A DNA stretch of 64,000 nt from the human T2T-CHM13v2.0 reference genome, Homo sapiens: the NCBI RefSeq assembly GCF_009914755.1, contig NC_060932.1. The stretch is one strand, 5' to 3'. The notes beneath the pieces are model-generated. The model saw only the letters and a program-made list of their open reading frames with translations. It was not told where the DNA came from and did no database searches. The translations under genes and the position numbers were made by a program. Positions 1 through 14,152 of the stretch are shown in pieces; the stretch's first letter is position 1, and each line of letters starts with the position of its first letter.

Positions 1-464
1 ATCCCCAGCAATACTTATCTCTGCTGACAAGAGCACACCCAAGGTCCTGAGTTATTCAGTATAAGCCATAAGTCTGAAAGGGTACAGCCTCATCTCATGG
101 AAGCAGGTTGTATGGGAAAAGAGAGAGGAGGCAGCAATGATAAGAACAAAGAATATGTTGACATGAGGATAGCAGAGAGCCACAGGCAGTAGAATTGTCT
201 GAGATGAAAACCCTCAGCAGAAAAGTGAAGCCGTGACAGCCCACAATGTCAAGAGCTAACAGAGGATAAGTGAGAGGTCCCAAAGCAGCCATATTGGATT
301 TTATCATGTTCATACCCTTAAAGTCACACTGACTCAGGATTTACCCCTATTAATTTTAGGTATTATTCTCATAAGCCTGGTAGTTGGTCTCCCAGCCTAC
401 GGACTATTTGCTAGAAGCTTCAAAGACAGAGAGGATAGGCTGGCGGGGTAGTGAGAGTGGGAAT

Positions 465-730
465 ATGTGTGTGTGTGTATGTGTTAGTGTGAGTGTGTGT
501 GTGTGTATGTATGTGTGTGTGTATGAGTGTGTATGTGTGTGTGTATGTGTGTGACTGTGTGTATGTATGTGAGTGTGTGTGAGTGTGTGTGTGTTCATCT
601 TCTAGTATCAGGCATGGAGACAAGAAATTGGATCATTGAAAGTATGTGTGTGTGTGTCTGTGTTCATCTTCTAGTATCAGGCATGGAGACAAGGAATTGG
701 ATCATTGAAAGTACGTGTGTATGTGTGTGA
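465..730. repeat. Degenerate (TG)n tract containing a 69-bp tandem duplication
   Basis: ttcatcttctagtatcaggcatggagacaag...ggatcattgaaagta begins at both 594 and 663, separated by TG repeats. Confidence 0.9.
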
Positions 731-1335
731 GGAAAAGACAGAAAATTTTAAAAAGTAGGCAAAACTAAGAAATGATAAGAATTTGGGCACTGAACAATAT
801 AAAGGGGGCATGCTATATACTTTTCCAGAGGCATCACGGTATTATGATGAAAATTAATTCATATGGATAATAACGGATTAAATTATTAGAAAAAAAGCCA
901 TAATTTTATTCAATTTTCTCTTCCAAAAAAAGAAAGGAGAGGATAAAAAATGCAGGTAATTTTTCATCACATTTAAAAATTTTCATAAAATTTTACTAAA
1001 GGGATACATTTTAATTATCTGAAGAATATATTGCCCGTGATATATAATTGCAGATATACAAATTTTCAATAATACTACGATATACATAAGACATACAAAC
1101 TCTTACATTTATGTAGAGATGCAAAGCATCCTATGTCATAAGTGTAGCTCTAATTTAAAGTCTGTTTTAAAGTGGAAGAATAATTAAATATCAATTCTAC
1201 ATATTTGTACTGTAGTTTGATTACCATGTTCAAATAAATTTTGCAATTATCTTCCAATGTGAAACGAATCTCATGTGTATAACAACGTATATTCAATGCC
1301 TATTACTACCTAAAGTAATCAAGAATGGGGAAAAA

Positions 1336-1761
<426 letters not shown>

Positions 1762-2958
1762 TTACGAATGCTGCACGGCCCTTGCCATTTGTTCAGGAGC
1801 TCATTTTATTCACAAAGACATTTCAGGTGTTTCGTGTGTGTTAATTTCCCATATACTTTTTTTCAGCCTGGCTAAAATATATTGGTTTTGTACAAAAGAT
1901 TTCCCATACATGTGGGAAAGCTTAAGGGGCATCTTTTGTGCTCTGCTATGAGCAGACAAATATAATTTATTTCAGCAACAGCCATTAAAAATGGAATGAA
2001 AGTCCTTGGGCAATGCTGTAAACATAGAAAGCAGTTGCCAGATGTTTTTGAAAACTGACACATACACAAAATTCCACTTTGAAGTTTTAAGTAAATAAGT
2101 CCTGACTGTCACCACAAGTACGTCACCTTGATTCTTACTCTTGTGGTGTGATATACTTAAAGAACAGTACTTGACTACCAGCCCTGGCTCTACATGGGCT
2201 TCTCCTCTGAATACAGGGCTTCACCGGTTATTAGGAGTGACACAAAACCAAGAGACAAAGTTGGAATGCTTGATATGAGTCATAAAGTATGTAGGTTTGT
2301 GTAGGATACCAGGCAAACTCTAAGGTGTGCCATACTTCTATGTTAAGCAATCTGACAGCAGAGCTGGGACTAGAACAGAGATGTCATGATTCCTGCTCCT
2401 TCTAAACCACCATGCCTGCCCTCTCGATGGTATACACCTGCTCCCAGATACTGGAGAGAAACCATCTCAATCTATAATTCCTAGCTCTAGAGAGATAGGT
2501 TGGATAATTAATTATGATTAAGATTAGGTTTGTGCGTGTCTGTGTGTCCATGAGGCCTAAACAACTGGCAAAATCTCCCTTTAGAACCAAATTTCCACTT
2601 AAAATTATACCCAAAGTTCAAACTCACTATTCTAAAGGACGTCATCCCACTTGTGAAAATGGAACGTTCACACCTAAAAATAATTAAGATAATTAAGATA
2701 CATGCAAACATATAATAAATACACAAGTTAAAAGAGGTCTGACATTTGATATTACATTTGATAATTTGACTTATTCATAAATCCATTAAAAAGATGAGTA
2801 ATTCTTTGTAGGCTGCATATTAATATGACTCCTTAGCAGACATAACCCCACTCAGAATGTGAACACCCAAACTAGCACAAGCATGAGATTCCAGTGTACT
2901 TAAAGTTAGTTTTCATGTTGATATCCTTTGGTTGATAATAAATTATGAGTTCCTATAG

Positions 2959-3296
<338 letters not shown>

Positions 3297-5849
3297 AAAA
3301 TGTTACTAGTTTTAAAGATTCTTTGCAATTGACTTTTAGAAAATCTTATGCTAAAAATAAATATTTGTTTATACACATTTAAAGCTAAGTGTACAGTTGC
3401 AACATTCCCCAGATTTTACCTTCTTTTTCTCCCTTCTTACAGTATAAAAAATTTCATGAGGTCTTCACTCTATAGTTGATATGATGCATACATATTTAAT
3501 GCTGTTAATAAAACATTTTTTCTTACTGTCTCTCAGAGTAATTATAGGTGTCATTTGGTTCAGTGTAAAGTGCCATATCTTATCCGTGACTAATGTCTAC
3601 TGTTCTGTTTTGTCCCTGGTTTAGAAAATATCTGTTGAATTTGACTTGAGTGTGGATGAGACCAGGAAATGACTTAGTTGAAAGTCTATTCAAACTATCT
3701 GTGCTCCTTCGCTTTAGCCAACCAGGCTATGAAAGCATAAGGGAAGAAGGATGGAGTTTGCTCATGGTAATATTGGAACATCAAGGAAACACTCTTTTTG
3801 TGGCCTTTTACCCCTGTAACTTCCAAGCCCAGCTGGAACCAGGAGATATCCCTTTTCAGATAGTTCATCTTGTTTCTGAAGTTAAAAACTCCAATTCCAA
3901 AAGAGAATTAACCACAAAATTTCAAATCTCCTCCGAAAGATGGGGTTTAGAAATAGTTCATGGGAGAGGTCAAGGACTATGTTATTTTTTATTTTGTTAT
4001 CATTAATTTGGCTATCCACTATTCACAATTTTTTTTACAGAAATTATGACTATTCTAAAAGGCAGATAACACGCTCCATCAAAAAGGAGAAATATACCAT
4101 TTCCAAAAATAAACAGTCAATTTTGCCTTAAGCCACTGGGTTTTATGAAAGGAAGTGCTAGATAGTGTGGTTCATTTTAAGGAAATTGTAAATGTTTGAC
4201 ATATAATTTTCTGTCAAGATAAAGCATTTCCCTCATTAAATGGAAACAAGTACTCACTGCAGTGTTCAGCAGATGACTTCCTGTATTTTTCTTTCTCTTT
4301 CTACCTAATCTTAAATTGTGCACTACAAGTAGTAAATGAAAAACCAAGTATTTTACCCAGTCAACGAAACTGATATATTCCATTTTTATCAATGTTTATA
4401 TGACTGACATTCAAAAAGTTTTAATTTCCTCCCATCACTTGTGATGTTTTTAGAGTCATTCTTAACTCAAGGGACTTGCAGTTCAAACTATCTCATCCCT
4501 TACAGAATGATATAAACTTCATAAACTCAACAGACACAACATGGGAGGTAAATTCCTTTCAGATGGTAGAATTATTCTGAGAATCAAGCCAAATGACTCC
4601 TCAGCACTGAGAAGAAAGCAAATGCCTCATTTCCCCCTTTAAGAAGACTAGAGGACCCATAATAATGATCAAATGTTCCATACCACTGCAATCAGCTTCT
4701 GGGAAAGACACTTTAGCTCAAATAGTGGTCACTTAAACATTTGTAGTATCAGCCATTATGTCTCTGTGATAATGTGAAATGATTCTTAAAAATGAACTTC
4801 ATGAGAAGCTCCTATGAGTTGAAATTTGAACTTCTTATGAGAGAATTAAGTATATAAACATGTTCTTGTCTCTCAGTACTTATTTTTAAGTTTCCTCTAC
4901 TCCGTGTGCCTCCCTACTTAAAGTTGTTATCTGTCCTTTCACATTCAAGTTTCTTGAATGCAGGTATATAATGATTTCTGTTAACTTCCTCTCACTCATT
5001 TTAGTCTCTGAGATATGCAACTGAGCCATGTAGCATACCAAACCTCTGCATACAGAAGGTTCTTTTTAAAAACTTGACTGTCATGCTTACTTGCCACTGA
5101 AAAGAACATCCTTCATAACTGTCCTTTTTTTTTAAACCTTCCCAAAACACTGCTTACTACTGTTTTTCACACTGTCTATATTTTTCTTTCGGTCTCTTTT
5201 TTTTAACCTGTCCCTTAAAAACCTTCAAATTTTTCTGTCTTTGATTTTACACTGTCATTTTTTCATACAATGCACTCATAACTTTGGTATGTAAATGCTC
5301 TCAAATTGTACACAAATGTGTGCTTATATCCTTGCATTTTGGGGTTGGGGTAAGTGGAAAGGAAAAATAGCCGTTTGCATCTGGTTTCCTGATGGATCTG
5401 TGACCCCTACATGAATAAGAGCCATTGCTTTATATGCACTTTCTATGATTTTACCTCTTGTCTCCTCTGAGGACAAATCATTGTTCTCCTTCTAGAATCC
5501 GATTTATCTGCCTGCCAGACTCTGTCCCACAGGCAACTCAGTCAAAATATCCCAAACTAAAACTCACTATTTTTTCCCTTCCAATCTATTTCATCTCCCA
5601 TGTTGCTGGTTTTAAAGAATGTGATCTATGCTCCCTCAGTTGTTTAACCTAGAAATGTGCAATTGGTATTAGATTAGACTTCTAGGAAGTCATTATTTCT
5701 TGCTGATTCTAATTTTTCTACTTTTACAAATTTCTTCCACTTACTTTTCCATTTACCCCTGTTTAATATGGACCTTACTATTTCTTTCCTAGAGATCACT
5801 TTGAAATTCTGACAAAAATCATCAACTCTACCTTCCCTGTCCAATATGG

Positions 5850-6060
5850 TGCAGCGTGTAATGTACAGTATTCAGAACAAGACTCTGGGTTCAAATCTCA
5901 GCTTGCTCACTTGCTAGTAGTGTGATATTTAAGCATTATTCACCTCTCTGTGCTTAGCTTACCTTTCATATAGAGTTGGTAATAGAACCTATCATACAGT
6001 GTTGTTACCAGAATTAAATAAACTAATATATGCAAAGGTCTCAGAAGACTGGCTTGTGTC
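5850..6060 (+). mobile_element. MIR SINE relic (within L2-like sequence)
   Basis: MIR core-like ctgggttcaaatctcagc...cacttgctag...ctctctgtgcttag. Confidence 0.6.
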
Positions 6061-7171
6061 AAGTATTTGCTGATATTATAATAACGGTAAAAGCACCCAT
6101 CTGGTCCCCTACTCCAGGCTTCTCAGCTTTACAGTATATTTTTCCTACATTGTCACTGGGGAGATTTTTGTAAAACACAAATATCACCATTATCATCATA
6201 TATTGACAATGACTGCTCATTGATTTTATAGAAAAAATGTGGCCTTTTTGGTCTCCCTCAGAGATCCTCTCTCTAAATTCATTTTAAGACTTAGGCTACA
6301 GCCCGCTCCCATGACTTCTGGAAAATAAACATGCCGTTTGTACTCTCTGGTGTGTCCTTCACTTTCTTCATTTTTTAGACTTAACTATCATCTTCCCACT
6401 AGAACAAGCTTGCTTATATTTTAATCCTAGATCAATGATTTCCAGCTTTGTAACTTTGGGCAAATTCTCAAATTCTCTGTAGAGGTTATAAAATTATGCT
6501 AGACATGGTAACTCCCTCATGTTGCTGTTGTAAGGGCTAACACGTGGAAAGCCTAAGCAAACTAGAATCATAATAAGGATTCAGTAAAATCCCCAAGAAA
6601 ACTCTAGAGATGCTGGATTCTGCCCTTATCCTTCTGTTCCTGCCATGATTTTAATATTTCTCTGTGAGCTTTGCTCGGGTCCAGGCACCCTAGGCTCACT
6701 TCTAGCAAATAATTCTGAAAAATAATTGTTTACTTTTTTCTCTCCTATCAAACCCTAGGTTCCTTAAAGCCACAGAATGAAATACATCTTTTCTTCTTCC
6801 CAGTAGTCTGAGCAATATTTGGCACATTATAGAAACTTACCAAATATTTGTTAAATAAAAATGAATAAATATCATTTCCCCAGAACAGAACAGTTGCTGC
6901 AGAACTGTTTTGAATGAATGGATAAATTTATGAACCACATCCTGCTACAGCAGAAATGAGCTTCGAGCTGATTTGAGCAGTGTGAGACAATCAGACTATG
7001 TAAGTTTATAATACAGTCTAAATACTTTTTTTAAAAACTTTTTCTTTTCTTTTTTCCTTCCTTCCTTTTTTTACATGCTGTTAGTAATTAAATTCCCAAT
7101 TATATATTTGCCACGTGTATGTTCAACATGAGATGACATTTTAATCACCACTGTACATAGATAACCAGTGA

Positions 7172-7565
<394 letters not shown>

Positions 7566-8244
7566 TAAATTACTTAATTCCAGCAAATATTTAATTTTGG
7601 TAATTTTGAATTGCCAAAAACATGAAGCAATAGGCTGAGCTTTGACATTGTGATAACACTGAGGGCAATATTTCTTTAGTGGATAATGTTTCTAAGAATA
7701 AATGTGGCCCAATGTTTGCAGATGAAGGTTAGGCAAAAATAAATGTGTTACTCAGAAGCCTTACAAAGTGGATGCAATTCAGTTTGAATTGACTATTTGC
7801 CTAAGACACCATTATTGTCTATTAGGAATAAGAAGAGGAAAGTTTGGTGAATTATTTCAGATAATGTGTTTATTAGTTGTCCTTCTTAAAAGTATCTCAC
7901 AACATCAGATGTGTTAGTAGAAAAAGTGCTGTGAAACTAAACAAAAGCACTCTCTGAATGCAAAGATAGATTTACAGTTTCTGGATCAAACAAATGTTTG
8001 GGAAAAAAAGTACATGTCTAGCCAACACTTCCTAGGAATTCTTTATCATATAACTTTAATGCATTATAGGCATTTTAGAAGGCACTAAAATAAAGATAAT
8101 TACAATTATTTTAATGTTGACTATGACTTAACACAGAAGCTATGCGTTTTATACTAACCTCTTTTAATATTTCAACATTTAAGAAATTAATTCATTTACT
8201 TGTTTATGTATGTATTTATTCTAGGCCCTCTATTTCTTTTTTAA

Positions 8245-8465
8245 ATTTGAATTTTTTAATGACAAATAATAACTGTATATATTTTTGGAGTAAAACGTGA
8301 TGTTTTGGTACATGTATACACTGCAGAATGATCAAGCTAATTAACATATCCATTACCTCACATACTCGTCATTTCTTTGTGGTCAGAACATTTACAATCC
8401 ACTTTTTTGGCAATTTTGAACTACATAATTGACAAAAGTTGTATATATTTATGGTGTACTACATA
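8245..8465 (-). mobile_element. L1MA-type LINE 3' end fragment
   Basis: gacaaataataactgtatatattt...gctaattaacatatccattacctcacatact resembles the reversed L1MA 3' UTR. Confidence 0.7.
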
Positions 8466-11448
8466 CCTACCGGGTAGATATTATGATCCCATTTTAGAGA
8501 TCAGAAAATGGAGGCCAAAAAAGCTGCCTGGATGACTGTCAACACTCAAACACTCCGGGGCATTGTATTTAAACATTTTCTGCAGAGGAAGTTTTGCTTA
8601 TAAAGCACATAATGAATGTACTTAACTGAATCTTGTCCATCGAAGGAGAAAGAAGAAACTAAAGTTTAATGAATCAACTGTGTCTTCAGCAATGGGATCT
8701 TCGCTTGTATATTGAGCATCTAATGTAATTCTTTCCCTATTGTGGTGAAATAGACAGAATTCTCCTGACTTTATACATGATGAGACAGCTTCCTTAAGGT
8801 TAAACTGGTTGCCAATGACAGGGGAAGCTCATTAACATTTTTTTAGTCTGGCCTTGCAGTATTATATTCAGGCTGTCTCCACAGATTAGTGGGTCAGATT
8901 GAAACCAGAAGACCTTTTAGGGTCAATTAAAATGTTTGGCTTTTTGGATGACGACACAGCTCGTGTTTTTTAAGATCTTGTAGAATACCTATATTTGAGC
9001 TTTAAAATGTACATTTTAGAATATTTGATGCGTTTATTCTGGTATGCTTATTTTGAAATATTTGCATATATATAAATTTATAAGTAAAATATTTACATTT
9101 AATCCTTCAATAAATAATAAATTTATATGATATATAAATTTTGGTCATAAAACAAAGAAAGGCTTTACCCATGTGTTTTAGAATTTGAATAAAAGTTCAT
9201 TTTAATAACTGATATTCAATCTAGTATTATGCTATTAGCCATTTAAAATTTTAAATTCACCATAGCCAACGACTAAGGCTCCAGTGAAAATAAAGATATG
9301 CAGACAATGAAAATCTTCATAAAAACCTTATGAGAGCCACTTTCCACTTTTGTGTCTCTTATGAGTTCTAAAAGTAACTAAATATTTAGTTAGAACGCTT
9401 AACAGTAAGATTAAAGAAAAAAGAGATTAACAAGAAGCAAATAAAATCTATGGTCATGACAGCAGAGAACCTATTGGAAAATTAGGCAATCACCTTAAAT
9501 TAAGATGGCAAATCCTGTAGTTAAATCAAGATTCATTTCAGAGTTTTGTCATTAAAAAGAAAAGATATCTAGAGGCCTGGAATATTTAGACAAATTCAGT
9601 TTCTATGATTATTATTACTATTTTTGGATATACTACATCATAGAACAGACACAGTTACTTTTTTCACTTCCTGAATGGCTATGAAGGGTACCATCTATCA
9701 TGGCTATCCTCATTTTTCAAAAATGTTTCTTAAATTGAACAGATGTTTGCTTCCCTGATATTGCGCCCAAAGTTGAAACCTAGCCAGAATGTTTACTTCT
9801 AAAGTCACATCCTCTTCCTCTAAAAGCTTAAAGACACATTTATTAGGCAAATACTCAGAAAAGAAGTTAAATTATGATAAGTACGCAGACATATGAGCTC
9901 TGTGAGAATCACTAGGGCTTGACATCCCTAAAATCATGAAATAAAAACCACTATTCCACTCCATGTGCTTTAAGTCTTAGGATGATAAGAAAAATGTGTT
10001 TTCAATCTTTCCCAAAATGTATTCAGCTCAATATGAGAATAGATATAACTTGTATTAATACTTAATCGTTAAATACTCATGAGTTCTATTAAAATTCTCT
10101 GGCAAAATACTACCATGCTTTCCTTCCAGTGGACTCTAACTCAAGATTTTGGCAGAGTCTGACTGATTAGCAGGCTTTTCCCTTCCCAACCACATTACTG
10201 AGCACACCCAAATGGAGCTCTGGGAACTCACTGTTTAAAAAATATTACTTTACAAAGCATATTAAAGGCTTGTTTAGACTATCTAAAGGAGATATAACTC
10301 GAGGTAATGGAGTGTAATAGAGAAATATGAAATGTCTTTAAAACAAAATCACTTAATATGGAGTTATCTTCCCTATTCATAACTATAGATGAAAGCATGA
10401 AATTGAACAAATTTGTCACATAGCTCAAATCCACTTTTAAATTAAAGGAGCCTCCCCATGTGTACATTGCATATGCTCACTGAACCACTTCATGAATGGT
10501 CACATAAGCCACAGCTTAATAACAACAACTTGCAGATGTAAGTGGTATTCTCTTTCACTCATCACCATTTACAATTCCATCTTCATTCAGAGAAAGGCTG
10601 ATTAGAGAAATACAGAAGATGACTTCAAGTTCCAAACTTTGAAGAGCTCTACTGAGGCTCACTAGAGGTTCTGCTTGAAGGAAACAGGTGCAAGCAGAGG
10701 CATTCATTCAATAATTGTTAGGTGGATGGATGGATAGACAGATGTATGCCTTCTAAAGAAATACAGGGTTGTAGATATTCCCAAAGGTTCAATGACTCCA
10801 GACATTCTAGTGATATCAAAAATTTGTATCTCCACTGTCACAAAGATACCCCAGAATTAATGAACTTAAATACCCTGATTAAATCTATCCTGCACAGGAC
10901 TAAGCACAAGTGATCTTAATAAACATTTTTAATAACAATAATCCTGCCTCACTCATAATACTTGTTTCAAATAGTCTGTCTCCGTTTCTCTGCAACCCAC
11001 AATTTCCTACCCCATTCCCTTTAAAAGGAAATAATAAATATTCATTTAAAAATGGAAATCCTCCTGAAACTCTCCCAGCACTATGAACTAATTTTTAACA
11101 TTGGCTCATCTCTGTCCTATATATAGTTAAGTGTCTAACACCATAATACCAATTATTTATTCACGACAGTATCACAGATTTTATCTAAGGTTAAAAGACA
11201 AAGAAAGAAGAAATTAGAAAGCTCTTTCAGAAAGACATTGTGGATTCACAAATTTAGGCTTATGAATACATTCTCCAGGTAGAAACATGAGAAAATTATC
11301 AACATAACTTCATAAATGATTCTAACCATAAAGTTCTTCTGCTATTTTTTACACAGCAATCAATGCACTGTAGAAAGCTATATTGAGTATTTACTTGATC
11401 AAAGGAAATAAAATATTAACAATACCAAAGTGAGGAAGACATTCTTAC

Positions 11449-11681
11449 CACCTTCTTTAGTGCAAAGATTGACAAGGTTGTGGACTGTGTCCATCAGCTC
11501 CAGTTGCTGCTTCTGAAGGACACTGTTGTTGGTGGTAGCTCTGTTTAATTGCTTTTCCAGCTCCTGGATTATATATGTTTGACGAGTAACCAAGCCTTGA
11601 AGGTTCTCTTTCTCTTCCTTTAAGGTGTCCAACTCTTCCTTGTGTTTTCCTTCCATTTCTAAGATTTTATGTTCTAATAAA
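11449..11681 (-). CDS. ANGPT1: Angiopoietin-1 coding exon 4 (S-LLEHKILEMEGKHKEELDTLKEEKENLQG...VHNLVNLCTKEG), phase 2-1, 233 nt
   Basis: Acceptor ccttgtag|T at 11681 and donor G|gtaaga at 11449. The peptide in ORF 11399..11656 includes the NNS sequon and Cys265. Confidence 0.97.
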
Positions 11682-13302
11682 CTACAAGGAAGTGAAAATA
11701 AAACTTAGATTTGAAAAAATGTTATACAAAAAAACCCTTATAATTCAATTGGTTCCTGAATTTATTTAAGATGAGAAATTTTACATTTCACTGTAAAAAT
11801 ATTTTTAAGTGAGAGACTTAAGAATATGTATTCTTCAGAATAGGAGTTACACATATAACATGTCAAATAAAAAATAAGTAAACCAGATATTGTCAGAGTA
11901 ATGTTTGCTTTTAACTATGATTTAGTTTCTTGGTTTCCTTGGGTGTATCTTATATCCAAGGTAGCTAACTTACACCCAAATAGCTACACTCTAAAGAAGT
12001 TATAGTATAACTTTCACTAAAGAAATGGGCCTAAGAGGAAACAGAATAGTTCAGGAAAAAAACAAACAACACGTAGAAACTACTTTTTATTCACTTTGCT
12101 TCATTTATTTGGGGTTTTCAAAACGTTAACATTGACTAAATTTCACGATAGTTCTGTGGGATCAAGAATAGTATATTGACCATCTGCAAAATCAGAAATA
12201 AAGAGAAAAATATGAAATAATCAGAAACACAAAGGTTTATGTACAATGACATTAAGAAAGAAAAAAATCTCTTATTTTGAAACTGTTGAAAATATTTTTA
12301 ATCATTTTAAGGATATTAGAAAATGCTCAAAATATGTTAGGTGAAAAAAGAAAAAACAGCAATATATATTCTCAATCACACACACATACAAAAAGAAAAC
12401 TATATTGACACAGAAACCACAGGAGCCAAAAGTGATCTATCTAAAGTCACAATGAATTCTTGTGATTTTTGATAACTGGTCCTGTATCATAACCACTAGC
12501 TTCCTTTATTTCTCAACTCAAGCTTCAGGATGAGGCTTAATGACACTACAAGTTCCCAAGTCACTGTATAAATGGTAACAAAAGGAAGACTCCCTTTGGC
12601 TGATGGTATGGTCTTCTGAAAGGAGTTGGGATGCTTTGCTCAGAGTGTTGAAATCTTTAACTGAGGCCCTTCCTTCTCCCTGAGCTCTTTATAGGATATT
12701 CCCCTTGTATATTGCACATTAAAAATGATAGAGAAAGCAGAAGCATTTTTGGAGCCTACCAACTGACTGGAAATAAAAAGCATTAACATTTTATGGAGTG
12801 TCTAATATACTAGTTTTCCTCCGGGGAAAGGCTTACTCAGTTTTCTCAGTTCTGTTTTCAGAAGGTTCAACCCGTCCTTAGTTTACAAGGTGTTATTAAA
12901 ATGCCACATACCAGAATGGGCACTTAATTTACCTTGGAGAAATACAGCACTGAATCATTCCTTTCAAAAAGGGGACACTAGGGAGTGTTTTAGATTCAAT
13001 ACTTAAATTATAAAATAGAGCATGTTTGAAGAGCCAAATCTTCCAACACCAGGTACTGGGGGACAAAGTGTAACATCTGATTGTCTTTTACACAGATTAA
13101 GAAGTGTGGGTCCAAGGCTTAAATGGCATAAAAGACTGTGAGGGAATCGAGAGAAGTCCATGTGGCAGAAGCTGTGCCATCCTGGTAGATGCCAGAAACC
13201 TTGTGGATGGATCAGCATGGTAGATGGTGATGATGATGTCAATCATACTAGTCATGATACCTCTCATTTATGACATGGTTGCTATGTGTCAGGTACTGTT
13301 TT

Positions 13303-13631
13303 TTTGTTTTGCTTTTTGTTGTTGTTGTTTGTTTGTTTTAAGACAGAGTCTTGCTCTGTCGCCCAGGCTGGAGCACAGTGGCGTGATCTTGGCTCAATCT
13401 CTACTCACTGCAAGTTCCGCCTCCTGGGTTCACGCCATTCTCCTGCCTCAGCCTCCCGAGTAGTTGGGACTACAGGCGCCTGCCACCATGCCCAGCTAAT
13501 TTTTTGTATTTTTAGTAGAGATGGGGTTTTGCCGTGTTGGCCAGGATGGTCTCGATCTCCTGACCTTGTGATCTGCCCGCCTCGGCCTCCCAAAGTGCTG
13601 GGATTACAGGCATGAGCCACTGTGCCCGGCC
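13303..13631 (-). mobile_element. AluY/Sc-type SINE
   Basis: Reverse Alu with a 17-bp TSD gtgtcaggtactgtttt (13286 and 13633). Confidence 0.92.
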
Positions 13632-13656
13632 AGTGTCAGGTACTGTTTTAAGTGGT

Positions 13657-13758
13657 TGTTACGAGTTCAATTATGGCCTGCCCATGCTTGCCCCCCAGCC
13701 AAAAAAAAAAAATATGTATATATATATATGTGTGTGTGTGTATATATGTATATATATG

Positions 13759-13792
<34 letters not shown>

Positions 13793-14152
13793 AAGTCCCA
13801 ACCTCCAGGAAGTCAAGAATGTGGCCTTATTTAGAAACAGATTCGTTGCAGATGTAATTAGTTAAGATGAGGTCATCCTGGAGGAGGATGAGCTTCTAAT
13901 CCACTATGATTGGTGTCCTTATAAAAAGGGAAAATGTTGAGAGACAGATCAGATGTGCACACAGGGAAAAGGTTGTGTAAAGATTGGAGCACTGCTGCCT
14001 CAAGCCAAGGAACTACTGGCAGGTAGGAGAGAGGCCTGGAACCGAGTCTTCCCTAGGGCCTTCGGAGAGAGCCTAGCCCTGCAGGCACCTTGATCCTTGA
14101 TCTGGGACTTTCAGCCTCCAGAATATTCAGAGAATACATTTCCATTGTTTAG
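13657..14152 (+). mobile_element. MaLR solo LTR (MLT1A/B/C-like) with internal (TA)/(TG) microsatellite at 13702-13791
   Basis: gcagatgtaattagttaagatgaggtcat, ggtgtccttataaaaagg and cagcctccagaa are typical MLT1 motifs. Confidence 0.8.

Noticed and set aside
1-400. Possible old MaLR LTR fragment at the window start
   Set aside because: Too diverged to assign confidently by eye.
404-730. His/Thr- and Cys/Val-rich ORFs
   Set aside because: They are translations of the TG/CA microsatellite.
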